Of a stretch of 64,000 nt of DNA, positions 28,094-37,390 are shown in pieces. The notes below the pieces were generated by a model. It did no database searches. It was not told the origin of the DNA and worked only from the letters and a program-made list of their open reading frames with translations. Numbering within the stretch: the stretch's first letter is position 1; each line of letters begins with the position of its first letter. The position numbers were made by a program, and so were the translations under genes. The stretch is from Candidatus Dojkabacteria bacterium. Lineage in GTDB: Bacteria; Patescibacteriota; Dojkabacteria; GCA-002793355. The stretch lies in contig CP129477.1 in NCBI GenBank assembly GCA_030583825.1, forward strand, positions 960,221 to 1,024,220, given 5' to 3'.

Positions 28094-29731
28094 ATGGAAC
28101 AAAAATCAACGCAGAAAGAAAAGATTCGCATTGGTATTATCGGATGTGGTAAGCAGGCAAATATTCATGTTCAAGCGATGTTAGAAACTGATTTATTCTC
28201 TATTGTGGCACTTTGTGATGTCTCAACTGAAAATATAAATACTCTTGCAGCAGCAATCGGTTCAGATAGCTCTATTTTTGCAACAAACGATTATAAAGCA
28301 TGTATTGACTACCCTATTGTTGATGCGGTACTTATTTCGACGCGTACTTACCAACATGTTGAGCAGGCACTCTATGCAATTGAAAAGAAAAAGCACGTCC
28401 TTATGGAAAAGCCTTTGGGTATTTCTGTACAAGAAGTCAATCAACTTACTGAGGTAGCACTAAAGACCAAGGACATAGTGGTATATCCGGCACTGGAATA
28501 TCGTCATTCATATTTTTACGAAAATATGATGCATTTTATCCATTCTGATTTTCTTGACGGCACTAAATATATCTCCATTAATGAATACAGAAATCCTTTC
28601 TTTTTGCCATGGTTTTACGATAAATCGCTTTCCGGCGGCGCAATAAACGATAAGCTCATCCACTTTTTTGATGTTTTGTGTGGTTTCTTTGCACCATCTA
28701 AGCCTGTGAGTGTGTATGCAAGTGGTTCACAACATGTGTATACAGCAGGATCGTTCATTAAAGGTGTTACTGACGAAAAATACAAGCTTGAGAAATCGGA
28801 TATTATTGATAATGCCATTGTTATTGTCGAATTCGAAGATGATAAACGTGCTGTTGTTCAACTAAACATGTATGAAGAATTTCCAGTCAGTGGTTTAACA
28901 ATCCATATTGCAGGATTAAATGGCACATACATAAAAGTCACTCATGCAGATACTCCCGAATTGGAAATAACAACAAATAAAGATGGAAATATTCAAAAGT
29001 ATACAATGGAAGACCGTAGGGATTCCGATAAATACGGTATAGGTCATCCAGGTGCGAAGGAGTTGCTTATCTCTTTTTATGATGCCGTTGTAAAGAAGGA
29101 AACACCGCGCGTAGATATGTATGGTGCTCGGCTTTCACAGCTTATTACTTTTGCTGCTGAACAATCAGTGGCCGAAGGACGAAAAATTCTCTTGTCGGAA
29201 TATACAAATAAGACGATAGAAACGTTGGCAAAAGAGAGAGGTGCCGGGTATAGGGAGCGCTTTATTCTCCACGATATGAAATTAGTGCCTGAAGAGAAGA
29301 AGAAGAAAATCCGTCGAGGCATTATCTGGAGATTCTTCGGCACAAAGAATGTAGAACTTTCATATATTCGACTAACAAAAGCGACTCTTTCTAGGATTCT
29401 TCGCGGACTAAAAAAGAAGTACGACCTTTCTGCTTTTCGCGATATTTCAGTAACAATTCATCTTATTACTCCATGGGATAGCATGTATTTTCGCGTTGCA
29501 AATGGAGATATCATTCTCTCATCATATGATATTGCCGAACAAGACGATAAATTATTCTCTATTACACTTACCGAGCGTGGATTTGAAGGTTTTCTTTCGG
29601 GAGAATCACTTAATAGGCTCTATCTAACGAAGCAAGTACAAGTTAAAGGCAATTTATTTGAAGTTCGCCAGTTCAGACCACTAATGTTAAAGCTTCTTGA
29701 AGAGCTCAAGAAACAGTTGTTGATTAAATAG
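28094..29731 (+). CDS. Gfo/Idh/MocA-family oxidoreductase fused to a C-terminal SCP2-like sterol/lipid-binding domain
   Basis: N-terminal Rossmann motif IGIIGCGKQANIHV with EKP. The C-terminal 110 aa match the SCP2 pattern (LSGESLNRLYLTKQVQVKGNLFEV). The track ORF start at 27980 overlaps the upstream gene, so Met at 28094 is preferred. Confidence 0.65.
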   Translation: MEQKSTQKEKIRIGIIGCGKQANIHVQAMLETDLFSIVALCDVSTENINTLAAAIGSDSSIFATNDYKACIDYPIVDAVLISTRTYQHVEQALYAIEKKKHVLMEKPLGISVQEVNQLTEVALKTKDIVVYPALEYRHSYFYENMMHFIHSDFLDGTKYISINEYRNPFFLPWFYDKSLSGGAINDKLIHFFDVLCGFFAPSKPVSVYASGSQHVYTAGSFIKGVTDEKYKLEKSDIIDNAIVIVEFEDDKRAVVQLNMYEEFPVSGLTIHIAGLNGTYIKVTHADTPELEITTNKDGNIQKYTMEDRRDSDKYGIGHPGAKELLISFYDAVVKKETPRVDMYGARLSQLITFAAEQSVAEGRKILLSEYTNKTIETLAKERGAGYRERFILHDMKLVPEEKKKKIRRGIIWRFFGTKNVELSYIRLTKATLSRILRGLKKKYDLSAFRDISVTIHLITPWDSMYFRVANGDIILSSYDIAEQDDKLFSITLTERGFEGFLSGESLNRLYLTKQVQVKGNLFEVRQFRPLMLKLLEELKKQLLIK

Positions 29732-29756
29732 TTTTACTTAAATCGGTAAAACCTAA

Positions 29757-30683
29757 CTAAATCCACCGACGAAGTACAAGAAGCCCGTAAACAATAATTG
29801 AAAAAATGAGTGCGCCTGCAAGTATTGCTGCAAATGCCATTGGGTGCTCAGCATAGGGCACAGAAACATTCATCCCCCACAAACTGGCAACAACTGTTGG
29901 AATAGTCAAAATAATAGTAACCCCTGCAAGGAACTGAACCTTCTTATTTAGCTCGTTTGTAAAGATAATCTGATATGAGTCACGCGTAGAAACAATGAGC
30001 TTTTTAGTCACTTCTCCCATTGTAAGAGCTTGCTGAATATCGGTAAGGACATCATCAAGAAATTCGCCATCCTCCGCATAGAGTTTTACCATGGTTCCCT
30101 GCATCAAAATCTCAATTATTCGTGTTAGTGGGTTTAACACCGATAAATGAAGGTTAATTAACTGATCGTATGCGAGTAGCTGCGTAATGTCTGTACTTTC
30201 GACTCTCTTCAGTGACCGAAACTTTTCTTGCACCTTATTGTTAAGAATTAATAGCTGGCGAGTATAATCTTTTGTCAGTAATTGCAAAATAAAAAAGAGA
30301 AATTTACTTTGTTGTGTCGTCGTAAAGTTGCTGTAACTTTCTTTAAGCTGCGAAATAATCTTTGACTCCGGATTCGCAATAGTTAATGTAAACGATGGAC
30401 TAAGAATTACGGAGAATGTTTCAGAAACGGTATAACCTTTAGTGTCAATATAATCGGGAGCACGGAGATATAAAATGGTTGTATTTCCCTTTTTTTCAAC
30501 ACGAGGAATTTCAAATGAGTCTAAGGCGTCAAGAATATCGCCTTCTGTGAGTGGCAAATACTGCTGAATAAGTGAAATATCAGCATTTGTTGGCGACGAA
30601 CAATGAATCCAGCTTCCCTTTTTAATATCTGTTTGCTCTTTTATTTTGTGGTTAGACACACCCTTGTAAAAAATCTGCAGCAT
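29757..30683 (-). CDS. corA: CorA-family Mg2+/Co2+ transporter
   Basis: Two C-terminal TM helices with the GMN signature (WGMNVSVPY). 308 aa. Confidence 0.85.
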   Translation of the reverse strand: MLQIFYKGVSNHKIKEQTDIKKGSWIHCSSPTNADISLIQQYLPLTEGDILDALDSFEIPRVEKKGNTTILYLRAPDYIDTKGYTVSETFSVILSPSFTLTIANPESKIISQLKESYSNFTTTQQSKFLFFILQLLTKDYTRQLLILNNKVQEKFRSLKRVESTDITQLLAYDQLINLHLSVLNPLTRIIEILMQGTMVKLYAEDGEFLDDVLTDIQQALTMGEVTKKLIVSTRDSYQIIFTNELNKKVQFLAGVTIILTIPTVVASLWGMNVSVPYAEHPMAFAAILAGALIFSIIVYGLLVLRRWI

Positions 30684-30781
30684 ATGCCTTGCCTCACAAT
30701 TTAGATCTGGAGATACTGGAATTATACCATTACCATCTCCTTTCGGATAGCATTCTCGTTTATTACACGATATAATGACTG

Positions 30782-31177
30782 GTGGAATTTATTATGTCAC
30801 TTTGGAAAAAATACAAAAACTTCATTATTTACTGTCTTATTGGATTTACCGGCCTTAGCTTCGATATGGGACTGTTTTATGTGATGTTCAATATGCTTCA
30901 TATCAACTATATGTTGTCTAACGCAGCTTCTATGTCATTAGGAATCACAAACAACTTTATTTTGAATGCCTTTTTTAATTTTAAAAAGACAGACAAGTTT
31001 TTTATTAGATTTTTGAAATTTTACCTTGTTGGAATATTCGGAATACTTTTAAGCAACCTTATCCTTTATGTCTTTCATGACATGTTAGACATGAATGCAA
31101 ACATCGTAAAGGCCGTATCAATCGTGTTTATCGCTATTTTACAGTTCATGTTAAATAGGCGCCTGTCGTTTGCGTAG
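30782..31177 (+). CDS. GtrA-family small membrane protein (polysaccharide synthesis/translocation accessory)
   Basis: 131 aa with four TM helices and GtrA-like conserved Asn/Phe positions (ITNNFILNAFFNFKK). Confidence 0.55.
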   Translation: MEFIMSLWKKYKNFIIYCLIGFTGLSFDMGLFYVMFNMLHINYMLSNAASMSLGITNNFILNAFFNFKKTDKFFIRFLKFYLVGIFGILLSNLILYVFHDMLDMNANIVKAVSIVFIAILQFMLNRRLSFA

Positions 31178-31278
31178 TTTTTGTCAGTATTTTGTAAGAA
31201 ATTTTCTGTACAATAACTTATGTGAGTGTTTGAAATGAATCAGGTGAGTTTAATTTATTACATTACTAAGATTGATTT

Positions 31279-31956
31279 ATGAAACGAGTGCTAATAATCG
31301 AGGACGACAAATCCTTGGGCACCGTTATACAGCATAAAATCAAAGAGGGGGGATATGATGTTGTGCATGTCGTTGACGGTGAATCCGGGCTTCATGAAGT
31401 CACTATCCGAAAATATGATGTAGTAATCTGTGATCTTTCTCTACCAAAAATGAGCGGACACACCGTATTACGGAGTATTAGACTAAAAGATCCGCAAGTT
31501 CCCATTATTTCTATTACAAATTTTGCTCAGGACGAAAACGAAATTCTCAGCTACATGAATGGAGCAAATGTGTTCCATAAAAAGCCACTTCGTTTTGATG
31601 TTCTTTTATCTCAAATAAAAATGCTTCTTGAGCGTGCTAAGCAAAGTGACTATGCCGAAATTGGTGATATTGTCATTGATAACGAAAAGCGCGTTGTCAA
31701 AAAGAGTGGCAAAATTATCCCACTCAGTCACAAAGAGTTTGATGTGCTGTATATATTTGTGAATTCTCCAGGCGAAGTGTTTACAAGGCGTGAGCTCATT
31801 GAAAAAACAACAGCTTCTGCAGTAGAAGTCGAAGATGGTAGTATTGATACAATAATTAGTAGAATTCGTAAAAAACTGGGAACATATAAAGATTCCCACG
31901 TTATTGATACAGTTTACAAACAAGGATATCGGCTAAGCCTTCTCTATTTGGAGTAA
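31279..31956 (+). CDS. OmpR/PhoB-family two-component response regulator
   Basis: Receiver domain (IEDDKSL...DLSLPKMSG...K) plus a C-terminal winged-helix trans_reg_C domain (ELIEKT...YRL). Confidence 0.85.
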   Translation: MKRVLIIEDDKSLGTVIQHKIKEGGYDVVHVVDGESGLHEVTIRKYDVVICDLSLPKMSGHTVLRSIRLKDPQVPIISITNFAQDENEILSYMNGANVFHKKPLRFDVLLSQIKMLLERAKQSDYAEIGDIVIDNEKRVVKKSGKIIPLSHKEFDVLYIFVNSPGEVFTRRELIEKTTASAVEVEDGSIDTIISRIRKKLGTYKDSHVIDTVYKQGYRLSLLYLE

Positions 31957-32003
31957 AATTTACAAGCCTTGAGTGAATGTGAGTAAGTAGTACACCAAAT
32001 TTT

Positions 32004-32555
32004 TTAGGTTTGCTGTTGCTGGTTTTGTGCGGTTTTCTTTTTGTACACAATTTGGACTAGTCCACCTTTAAGTTCTTTTACGTGGAGTAATTCAAATTCC
32101 TGGTGAAATGGTTCACCGTCAAAAAGAGTAATTCCTTTGCCGAATGCTAAGGGGTGAACATCAATGATGAGAAAGTCAACGAGATTTTCTCTTACAAAGC
32201 CGTAATTAGTTTTCCCTCCACCAACAATGAGTACATTCTTGCACCCTTTTGCAGCAAGGTAATCTAATACTTTACGAGGATCCTGGGTAAAGTACTCCAC
32301 ATTCTCATATGAGCTTACTTCGGGAGGCATACTTGTCATAACAATATTTAGCTTTAATGGAACAGGATAGAGGTCTCCCTTGTACTGTTCAAAGGTTGTT
32401 TTGCCTACGATAACGCAATCTGCGTCCTCAATTGCTTTTTCGAACTGCTCTGCATCAACCGGTGATACCCACTCCGAGTCGCCATCAAGCTTAGCAATAT
32501 AGCCATCTATACTTGTTGCATTGTAAATAGTGACTGTCATTGTTAAGTAAAGCAT
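32004..32555 (-). CDS. Dihydrofolate reductase-like / RibD C-terminal domain reductase
   Basis: SIDGYIA, VIVGKTTFE and VGGGKTNYGF motifs typical of the RibD_C/DHFR-like family. Confidence 0.7.
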   Translation of the reverse strand: MLYLTMTVTIYNATSIDGYIAKLDGDSEWVSPVDAEQFEKAIEDADCVIVGKTTFEQYKGDLYPVPLKLNIVMTSMPPEVSSYENVEYFTQDPRKVLDYLAAKGCKNVLIVGGGKTNYGFVRENLVDFLIIDVHPLAFGKGITLFDGEPFHQEFELLHVKELKGGLVQIVYKKKTAQNQQQQT

Positions 32556-32591
32556 ACTCGTCTTCGAAGCGCAACGTGGGTATAATGGATA

Positions 32592-33164
32592 ATGAAAGTA
32601 ACATCAATATTCCGCCCGAATAAAAAGCTTTTGTCTGGATTTGCAACTACACTTGCGTTTATTATCATAGCAATCGCAGTAATTTTGAGAGGAAATACTG
32701 CTTCCTCACTTTCAGAAGAAGGCCAGTTGGGTACGAAAGATGTTTCTGATAATTATATGGTCACACGTGTTATTGACGGTGACACTATTGAAGTTCGTAA
32801 AGATAACGCATTACATAAAGTTCGCTTAATTGGCATTGATGCTCCAGAAACCGGAAGTGGCAATACAACCAAAGAATGTTTTGCAGACGAAGCAACTGCA
32901 GCGTTAACGTTGCTTATTAACGGAAAAGAGGTAGTACTTCGCGATGATCCTACGCAGGATGATAAAGATAGATACAACAGGCTTTTACGCTACATTTTCC
33001 TCCCAGATGGAACAAATATTAATCTTGAAATGGTTAAAAATGGATACGCGCATGAATATACGTATCGCGTACCTTATGAATTTCAGGCAACTTTTAGTGA
33101 TGCACAAGAATATGCAGAGTTTGCACAAGTTGGGTTATGGGCTTCCGATAACTGTAAGCGTTAA
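32592..33164 (+). CDS. Membrane-anchored thermonuclease (staphylococcal nuclease homologue)
   Basis: N-terminal TM helix. SNase catalytic residues lie in VIDGDTIEV...VRLIGIDAPE...DRYNRLLRY. Confidence 0.85.
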   Translation: MKVTSIFRPNKKLLSGFATTLAFIIIAIAVILRGNTASSLSEEGQLGTKDVSDNYMVTRVIDGDTIEVRKDNALHKVRLIGIDAPETGSGNTTKECFADEATAALTLLINGKEVVLRDDPTQDDKDRYNRLLRYIFLPDGTNINLEMVKNGYAHEYTYRVPYEFQATFSDAQEYAEFAQVGLWASDNCKR

Positions 33165-33209
33165 CAAAAGGTGGAACAGAGAGGGCTAGGTAATTAACGG
33201 GGGAAGAAT

Positions 33210-33368
33210 CTAGCAAGGGAGGCTTAGTATGGGCATACAGCTAAAGGTCATGTGACGAATCTGCCACAAAACTGTTAACGCATATGCTACTGCCATAATA
33301 CCCACGAAATCCACAATCCCAAGCAATACAACTTGCGTGAATAGTGATTGGTTTTTCGTTTTTTGCAT
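33210..33368 (-). CDS. Small hydrophobic protein (52 aa), below the ORF-track size cut-off
   Basis: A perfect SD, GGAGGTGA, lies 5 nt upstream of the ATG. It translates to MQKTKNQSLFTQVVLLGIVDFVGIMAVAYALTVLWQIRHMTFSCMPILSLPC with one predicted TM helix. Confidence 0.35.
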   Translation of the reverse strand: MQKTKNQSLFTQVVLLGIVDFVGIMAVAYALTVLWQIRHMTFSCMPILSLPC

Positions 33369-33498
33369 AGTCTCACCTCCTTTCTTTTTTAATGTGCCCT
33401 CTCTTCTCTATTATACCATTTTATAGGACACTTTGTCGCATAATCTGTCGCAATATTACGTATTTCTTGCCTTGCGTCCAAATATTCGTTACACTGGA

Positions 33499-33906
33499 GC
33501 CATGTTTGAATATAATGGAAAATTCTACAAAGTAATTATTTGGGATTGGCTTTATACCCTTTATAACCCTGATACGGCTGTTTTGTATCAATGGGTTGAG
33601 GAATTATTTCGCTCGATCCCTCCAGAAGTAACACATTACCTTATCAGTTTTGCAAAACATCCAGACTTGCGACTTAAAAAAATCCAAAGTTCGGCAGTTG
33701 CATCATACTTTAAAAAGGTTGTTATTGACACAGAAGATAAAACTCAGGCATTCACAAATCTTTTGCATAGTGAAAATTTAAAGCCGGAAGAAGTGCTTGT
33801 TATTGGAGACAATCCATCACACGAAGGGCAAGCTGCTAAAGCAGTTGGATTCGATTATATTCATGTGTGGAAATTTGCTGAGCAAAAAGGTTATACTCAC
33901 GAGTAA
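33499..33906 (+). CDS. HAD-superfamily hydrolase-like protein with degenerate motif I
   Basis: C-terminal HAD motif IV (VLVIGDNPSHEGQAAKAVG). The N-terminal motif reads WDWLYTL rather than DxDGTL. The track start at 33433 is possible. Confidence 0.4.
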   Translation, partial: AMFEYNGKFYKVIIWDWLYTLYNPDTAVLYQWVEELFRSIPPEVTHYLISFAKHPDLRLKKIQSSAVASYFKKVVIDTEDKTQAFTNLLHSENLKPEEVLVIGDNPSHEGQAAKAVGFDYIHVWKFAEQKGYTHE

Positions 33907-33907
33907 A

Positions 33908-34360
33908 CTACTTTTTGGGGAATGCCACTCTTTCCAAATTCATTTTTTCAAGTTGTTCTGCCACTTCATTTACAAACGTCTCGACATTATTAAAAGTAAT
34001 ATCCTTTTCTTTCAATAGAAGTAGCGCTTCTTCGTAGACATTATCCCAGTTATTTTTGTGCTTTACGGCAAGTGCTTTCCATGGAATACCTGACGAAGCT
34101 TTTAAAATCTCTTCGGGAACTTTAAGCTTTTTACCACTAAATAAAAACGAGAGTATTGGATAGCCAATAGTGCCTTGAAATTTGCTCATTGGATCATCTG
34201 CGATGATTCCATTCCTTGCCAAGTCATAAAACACGCGGTATGTCTTTGTTTTTTCGGAAGAAACGACGATTGCGCCACTCTCGTTATGAGTTACTCTCTC
34301 ATCGGCGAGAGCGCCTACTGCCTCTAAATATTTAATCTTGTGAGGAAGTTTCCATGCCAT
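33908..34360 (-). CDS. Hypothetical protein
   Basis: 150-aa ORF tightly linked to neighbours, with no recognisable motifs. Confidence 0.4.
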   Translation of the reverse strand: MAWKLPHKIKYLEAVGALADERVTHNESGAIVVSSEKTKTYRVFYDLARNGIIADDPMSKFQGTIGYPILSFLFSGKKLKVPEEILKASSGIPWKALAVKHKNNWDNVYEEALLLLKEKDITFNNVETFVNEVAEQLEKMNLERVAFPKK

Positions 34361-34884
34361 TATTCATTAAGCAACGTAAAGTCTACTCCTGCACATTGTG
34401 TAGGAGAAAAAGTGCTTGGGGGAACCTCTGCAATGATTCTTGTCATATCGGGTTCGTATGTGCCATTAATAAATATGCCAACACAGTAAGGATTTGCTTC
34501 GTTTCCTAGATTAATAACTGCAAATGTGGAATTACTCTCCACAACTGTTGAAGGTAAGGATATGTATTGCATTTCACTTCCCTCATTTGTTGCTTCAACA
34601 ATCGAGAGCCCAGGAAAATTGCTTCCGGGGGAAACTTGGTTATCTGTTTTTACGTAAAGTTTGCTTGTATCCTCAAGCCCTGAAACAAGCTCGTATGCAG
34701 ATGTTGTAAAGGAGGGACGGTACGTGGATGGCTCAGATTGCATCACTGCATTTATAACAATAGCGACAATACCTGACGCAATGCTGATAATTCCTAGGCC
34801 AATGATAATAAATGGTGGAATATACGGAGGAATCTCTTTTGTAAGAGAAATTTCAGGTTTTTTTGACTCTTTTGGTTCCGGCAT
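34360..34884 (-). CDS. Hypothetical membrane-anchored extracytoplasmic protein
   Basis: N-terminal TM helix (IIIGLGIISIASGIVAIVINAV) followed by a Ser/Thr-rich domain. Confidence 0.4.
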   Translation of the reverse strand: MPEPKESKKPEISLTKEIPPYIPPFIIIGLGIISIASGIVAIVINAVMQSEPSTYRPSFTTSAYELVSGLEDTSKLYVKTDNQVSPGSNFPGLSIVEATNEGSEMQYISLPSTVVESNSTFAVINLGNEANPYCVGIFINGTYEPDMTRIIAEVPPSTFSPTQCAGVDFTLLNE

Positions 34885-34930
34885 AACTTTACATACAATT
34901 TAGCAAATACTTCATTGTATCACCAAACTA

Positions 34931-36013
34931 TTACTCTGTTTTAAAGAATTCCCAAATTACTTGTGTAGCATCTATATCTTTTGATGGCCTATCCGTAATA
35001 CCAAGAAGGTAAGAATTAGTTTCCTGACTTCCCGGCCACGCGTGTCCTTGGGCTTTGAGAGAATAAATCACAAGTGCTGTGTTATTTACGCAATTACTGT
35101 ATGTTACTTTTGTTGTTGAATTTCCTCTGTTTTCTGTTGCAGGATCGGCATTACAACCGTTTGCAAGCCTCCAAAACTGAGTCGTATCTGCAACTGAAAT
35201 ATCGGTGCGCCCTCGATCTACTCCTTCGCTTTCACCTCCTAAATATTTGACATGCTTATCGAGTACTCCATGAATTATGAGTACCGAAATTGGCTCAGAA
35301 GGGCGTTCAATTACTTTCTGCTCAGCCTGACTACTTTCCCGGCCTCCAATTGCTCCTCCAACAACCGCAACTTTAGCGAAGAGATTGTTTGTTTCGGTCA
35401 CAAGGCGATATGCAAACATTCCACCATTTGAAAACCCTGTTGCATAGACTTTTTCTGTGTCAACTGTGAATGTTTTAGATACCTCTGTGAGTATTTGTGT
35501 TACAAAGCTGATATCATCAGAATTGCTTGAATAGGCAAATCCACAGCAGTGCACTGCATTCCATGTTCTGCCAAGATCATTATTTTTAAGCCAACCAGTC
35601 TCTTGTTTTACACCATCAGGGTAAATGACAATAAACTTTTCCCTTTCGGCTAACTCAGAAAATCGCGAGACTTCTTCCATATGCTTGCCATTTCCTCCAC
35701 CACCATGAAATACAAATACCAACGGATAGGATTTCTCTGAAGAGTAATCCTGCGGCGCATACACTCGATACGTACGCTGCGCTTGTGCAATACGTGTTGT
35801 CACGATTTGTGTACCACCTTTTGAAGTAAGTAACCCAGAAGTATTTGCGTTTTGCCGAGCAATAAAAATAAAAACGATGATTGCAACAATGATAACGAGA
35901 ACTCCTAAGAGTGCCGTAATGTTATTCATTCCTAAAAACGATGGTTTTTGTTTTTTATGAGTAGTTCGGGCCATGCTCCTGTCTATTTTGAATAACATTG
36001 CTATAACGTGCAA
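34931..36013 (-). CDS. Membrane-anchored esterase (PHB-depolymerase/LpqC-like alpha/beta hydrolase)
   Basis: YPLVFVFHGGGGNG oxyanion region and a GFSNGG nucleophile elbow. N-terminal TM helix. An alternative start lies near 35974. Confidence 0.7.
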   Translation of the reverse strand: MHVIAMLFKIDRSMARTTHKKQKPSFLGMNNITALLGVLVIIVAIIVFIFIARQNANTSGLLTSKGGTQIVTTRIAQAQRTYRVYAPQDYSSEKSYPLVFVFHGGGGNGKHMEEVSRFSELAEREKFIVIYPDGVKQETGWLKNNDLGRTWNAVHCCGFAYSSNSDDISFVTQILTEVSKTFTVDTEKVYATGFSNGGMFAYRLVTETNNLFAKVAVVGGAIGGRESSQAEQKVIERPSEPISVLIIHGVLDKHVKYLGGESEGVDRGRTDISVADTTQFWRLANGCNADPATENRGNSTTKVTYSNCVNNTALVIYSLKAQGHAWPGSQETNSYLLGITDRPSKDIDATQVIWEFFKTE

Positions 36014-36530
36014 GTGCGAACAATAGGCTGGATAGACGGTTCAAAAAAGCTTTTAAACTATCGGAAAGAAGGTATTCTTCTGAGAAAAGTAATGCTTCTC
36101 TTTCGACTCTACGAGAAATTGTTCTTGCGACATCTATCTGCGCAGAAATAGTACTTTCACCCGGAATTATAAAATGTGTAATCTGAGGAATAACTTCGTC
36201 AAATGACTCGATAACCTGTTCAACCTCGGAAACATGTTTGTCTGTGATAATTTTTGTATTTGCCTGTTTTGGGGGGAATATTTTTGCTGCAATTTCAGCT
36301 TGGACAATAAACAGCAGCTCTTGTGTACGTAGTAATGAATCGTGAAGAATCTCCATTTCAGGTAGCACTTCCGCCAATGGAAGCGTAAACGATCTTGCCA
36401 ACCCGATCACACTATTGCATTCGTCAAGAGAACCTAGAAGAATAAGGCCTTGAGAAGACTTTGCGACCTTTGTATTGCCCACTGAGCTTTCTCCTGTATC
36501 TCCTTTTCGTGTAAAAAATGGTGTTTTCAT
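35955..36530 (-). CDS. ATP:cob(I)alamin adenosyltransferase, PduO type
   Basis: N-terminal TRKGDTGES motif diagnostic of PduO/MMAB-type adenosyltransferases. 191 aa. Confidence 0.8.
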   Translation of the reverse strand: MKTPFFTRKGDTGESSVGNTKVAKSSQGLILLGSLDECNSVIGLARSFTLPLAEVLPEMEILHDSLLRTQELLFIVQAEIAAKIFPPKQANTKIITDKHVSEVEQVIESFDEVIPQITHFIIPGESTISAQIDVARTISRRVEREALLFSEEYLLSDSLKAFLNRLSSLLFALARYSNVIQNRQEHGPNYS

Positions 36531-36644
36531 AGTTTGTAAGGCTATTTATTATAACGGAAATTTAATAAAACGGTAACTTGTTTAAAAGCATGAGTCTGTA
36601 AGAAGTTCGACAGGAAAAGTGACCTATAAAATGGTATAATTCGT

Positions 36645-37133
36645 TTGTACATTTCACATATTCAGGAAAGGAAAAATATGTCTCTGAGCTCGCAAGTTCC
36701 GTATTTTCATCCGTTCGTTATAACTCAGATTACCGTCGAAAACGCGTTTCTCACGCTGGAGGGTTATTACGACGAACCCTATACGCATATCGCGGCGACT
36801 ATCCTTGTTCCGGTTAAGATTATCTATCAGAAAGGAAATTGGACTATATGGGGATTCACTCAAGCTCCAAACCTTTCCGAGCGTGATAGCGCGCACGTAC
36901 ACCCGGTTGCTCTATTGGCTGATATTCAGCGTATTGATTGCGTTGGTGTTGAAGTGAATCAAGAAACCGAAGATGTTACGATCCATCTCCAGCAGCACTC
37001 CCATTTTGAGGACTATGGTTTAGTCTTCGAAGAAGACGCTGTTGAATTAACGGGAAGGCAAAACGTTTATAAAATCTACGATCGGGCGAATGCCATTAGT
37101 ATTTTACTGCTTGACGCTCCTTACCACCCCTGA
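36645..37133 (+). CDS. Hypothetical protein
   Basis: 162-aa ORF followed by a hairpin and T-run terminator. No recognisable motifs. Confidence 0.4.
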   Translation: MYISHIQERKNMSLSSQVPYFHPFVITQITVENAFLTLEGYYDEPYTHIAATILVPVKIIYQKGNWTIWGFTQAPNLSERDSAHVHPVALLADIQRIDCVGVEVNQETEDVTIHLQQHSHFEDYGLVFEEDAVELTGRQNVYKIYDRANAISILLLDAPYHP

Positions 37134-37138
37134 ACAAC

Positions 37139-37184
37139 CCCTCGGTATAGGAACCAATACACTATGCCGAGGAGATCCTTTTTA
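37139..37184 (+). terminator. Rho-independent terminator candidate for 36645..37133
   Basis: Imperfect inverted repeat CCTCGGTATAG / CTATGCCGAGG followed by TCCTTTTTA. Confidence 0.4.
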
Positions 37185-37195
37185 TAGAGAAAATA

Positions 37196-37230
37196 ATCAA
37201 AAAGAAAACCAGGAGCTCCTGAAGAGCTCC
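37196..37230 (-). terminator. Rho-independent terminator candidate downstream of tRNA-Pro
   Basis: Hairpin GGAGCTC-CTGAA-GAGCTCC followed, in minus sense, by GGTTTTCTTT. Confidence 0.5.
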
Positions 37231-37268
37231 ACTGAGGCATCTGCAGCCCCCTGCCGCACAATACTCAG

Positions 37269-37342
37269 TCGGGGAAACAGGACTCGAACCTGCGACCTCT
37301 ACTTCCCAAAAGTAGCGTTCTAGCCAACTGAACTACTCCCCG
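37269..37342 (-). tRNA. tRNA-Pro (anticodon TGG)
   Basis: The reverse complement is CGGGGAGTAGTTCAGTTGGCTAGAACGCTACTTTTGGGAAGTAGAGGTCGCAGGTTCGAGTCCTGTTTCCCCGA. Anticodon loop TTTGGGA and a GTTCGAGTC T-loop. Confidence 0.85.
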
Positions 37343-37390
37343 GTACGAGTGAATTATATCACGGAACTATGACTTCAGACAAATGTATCT

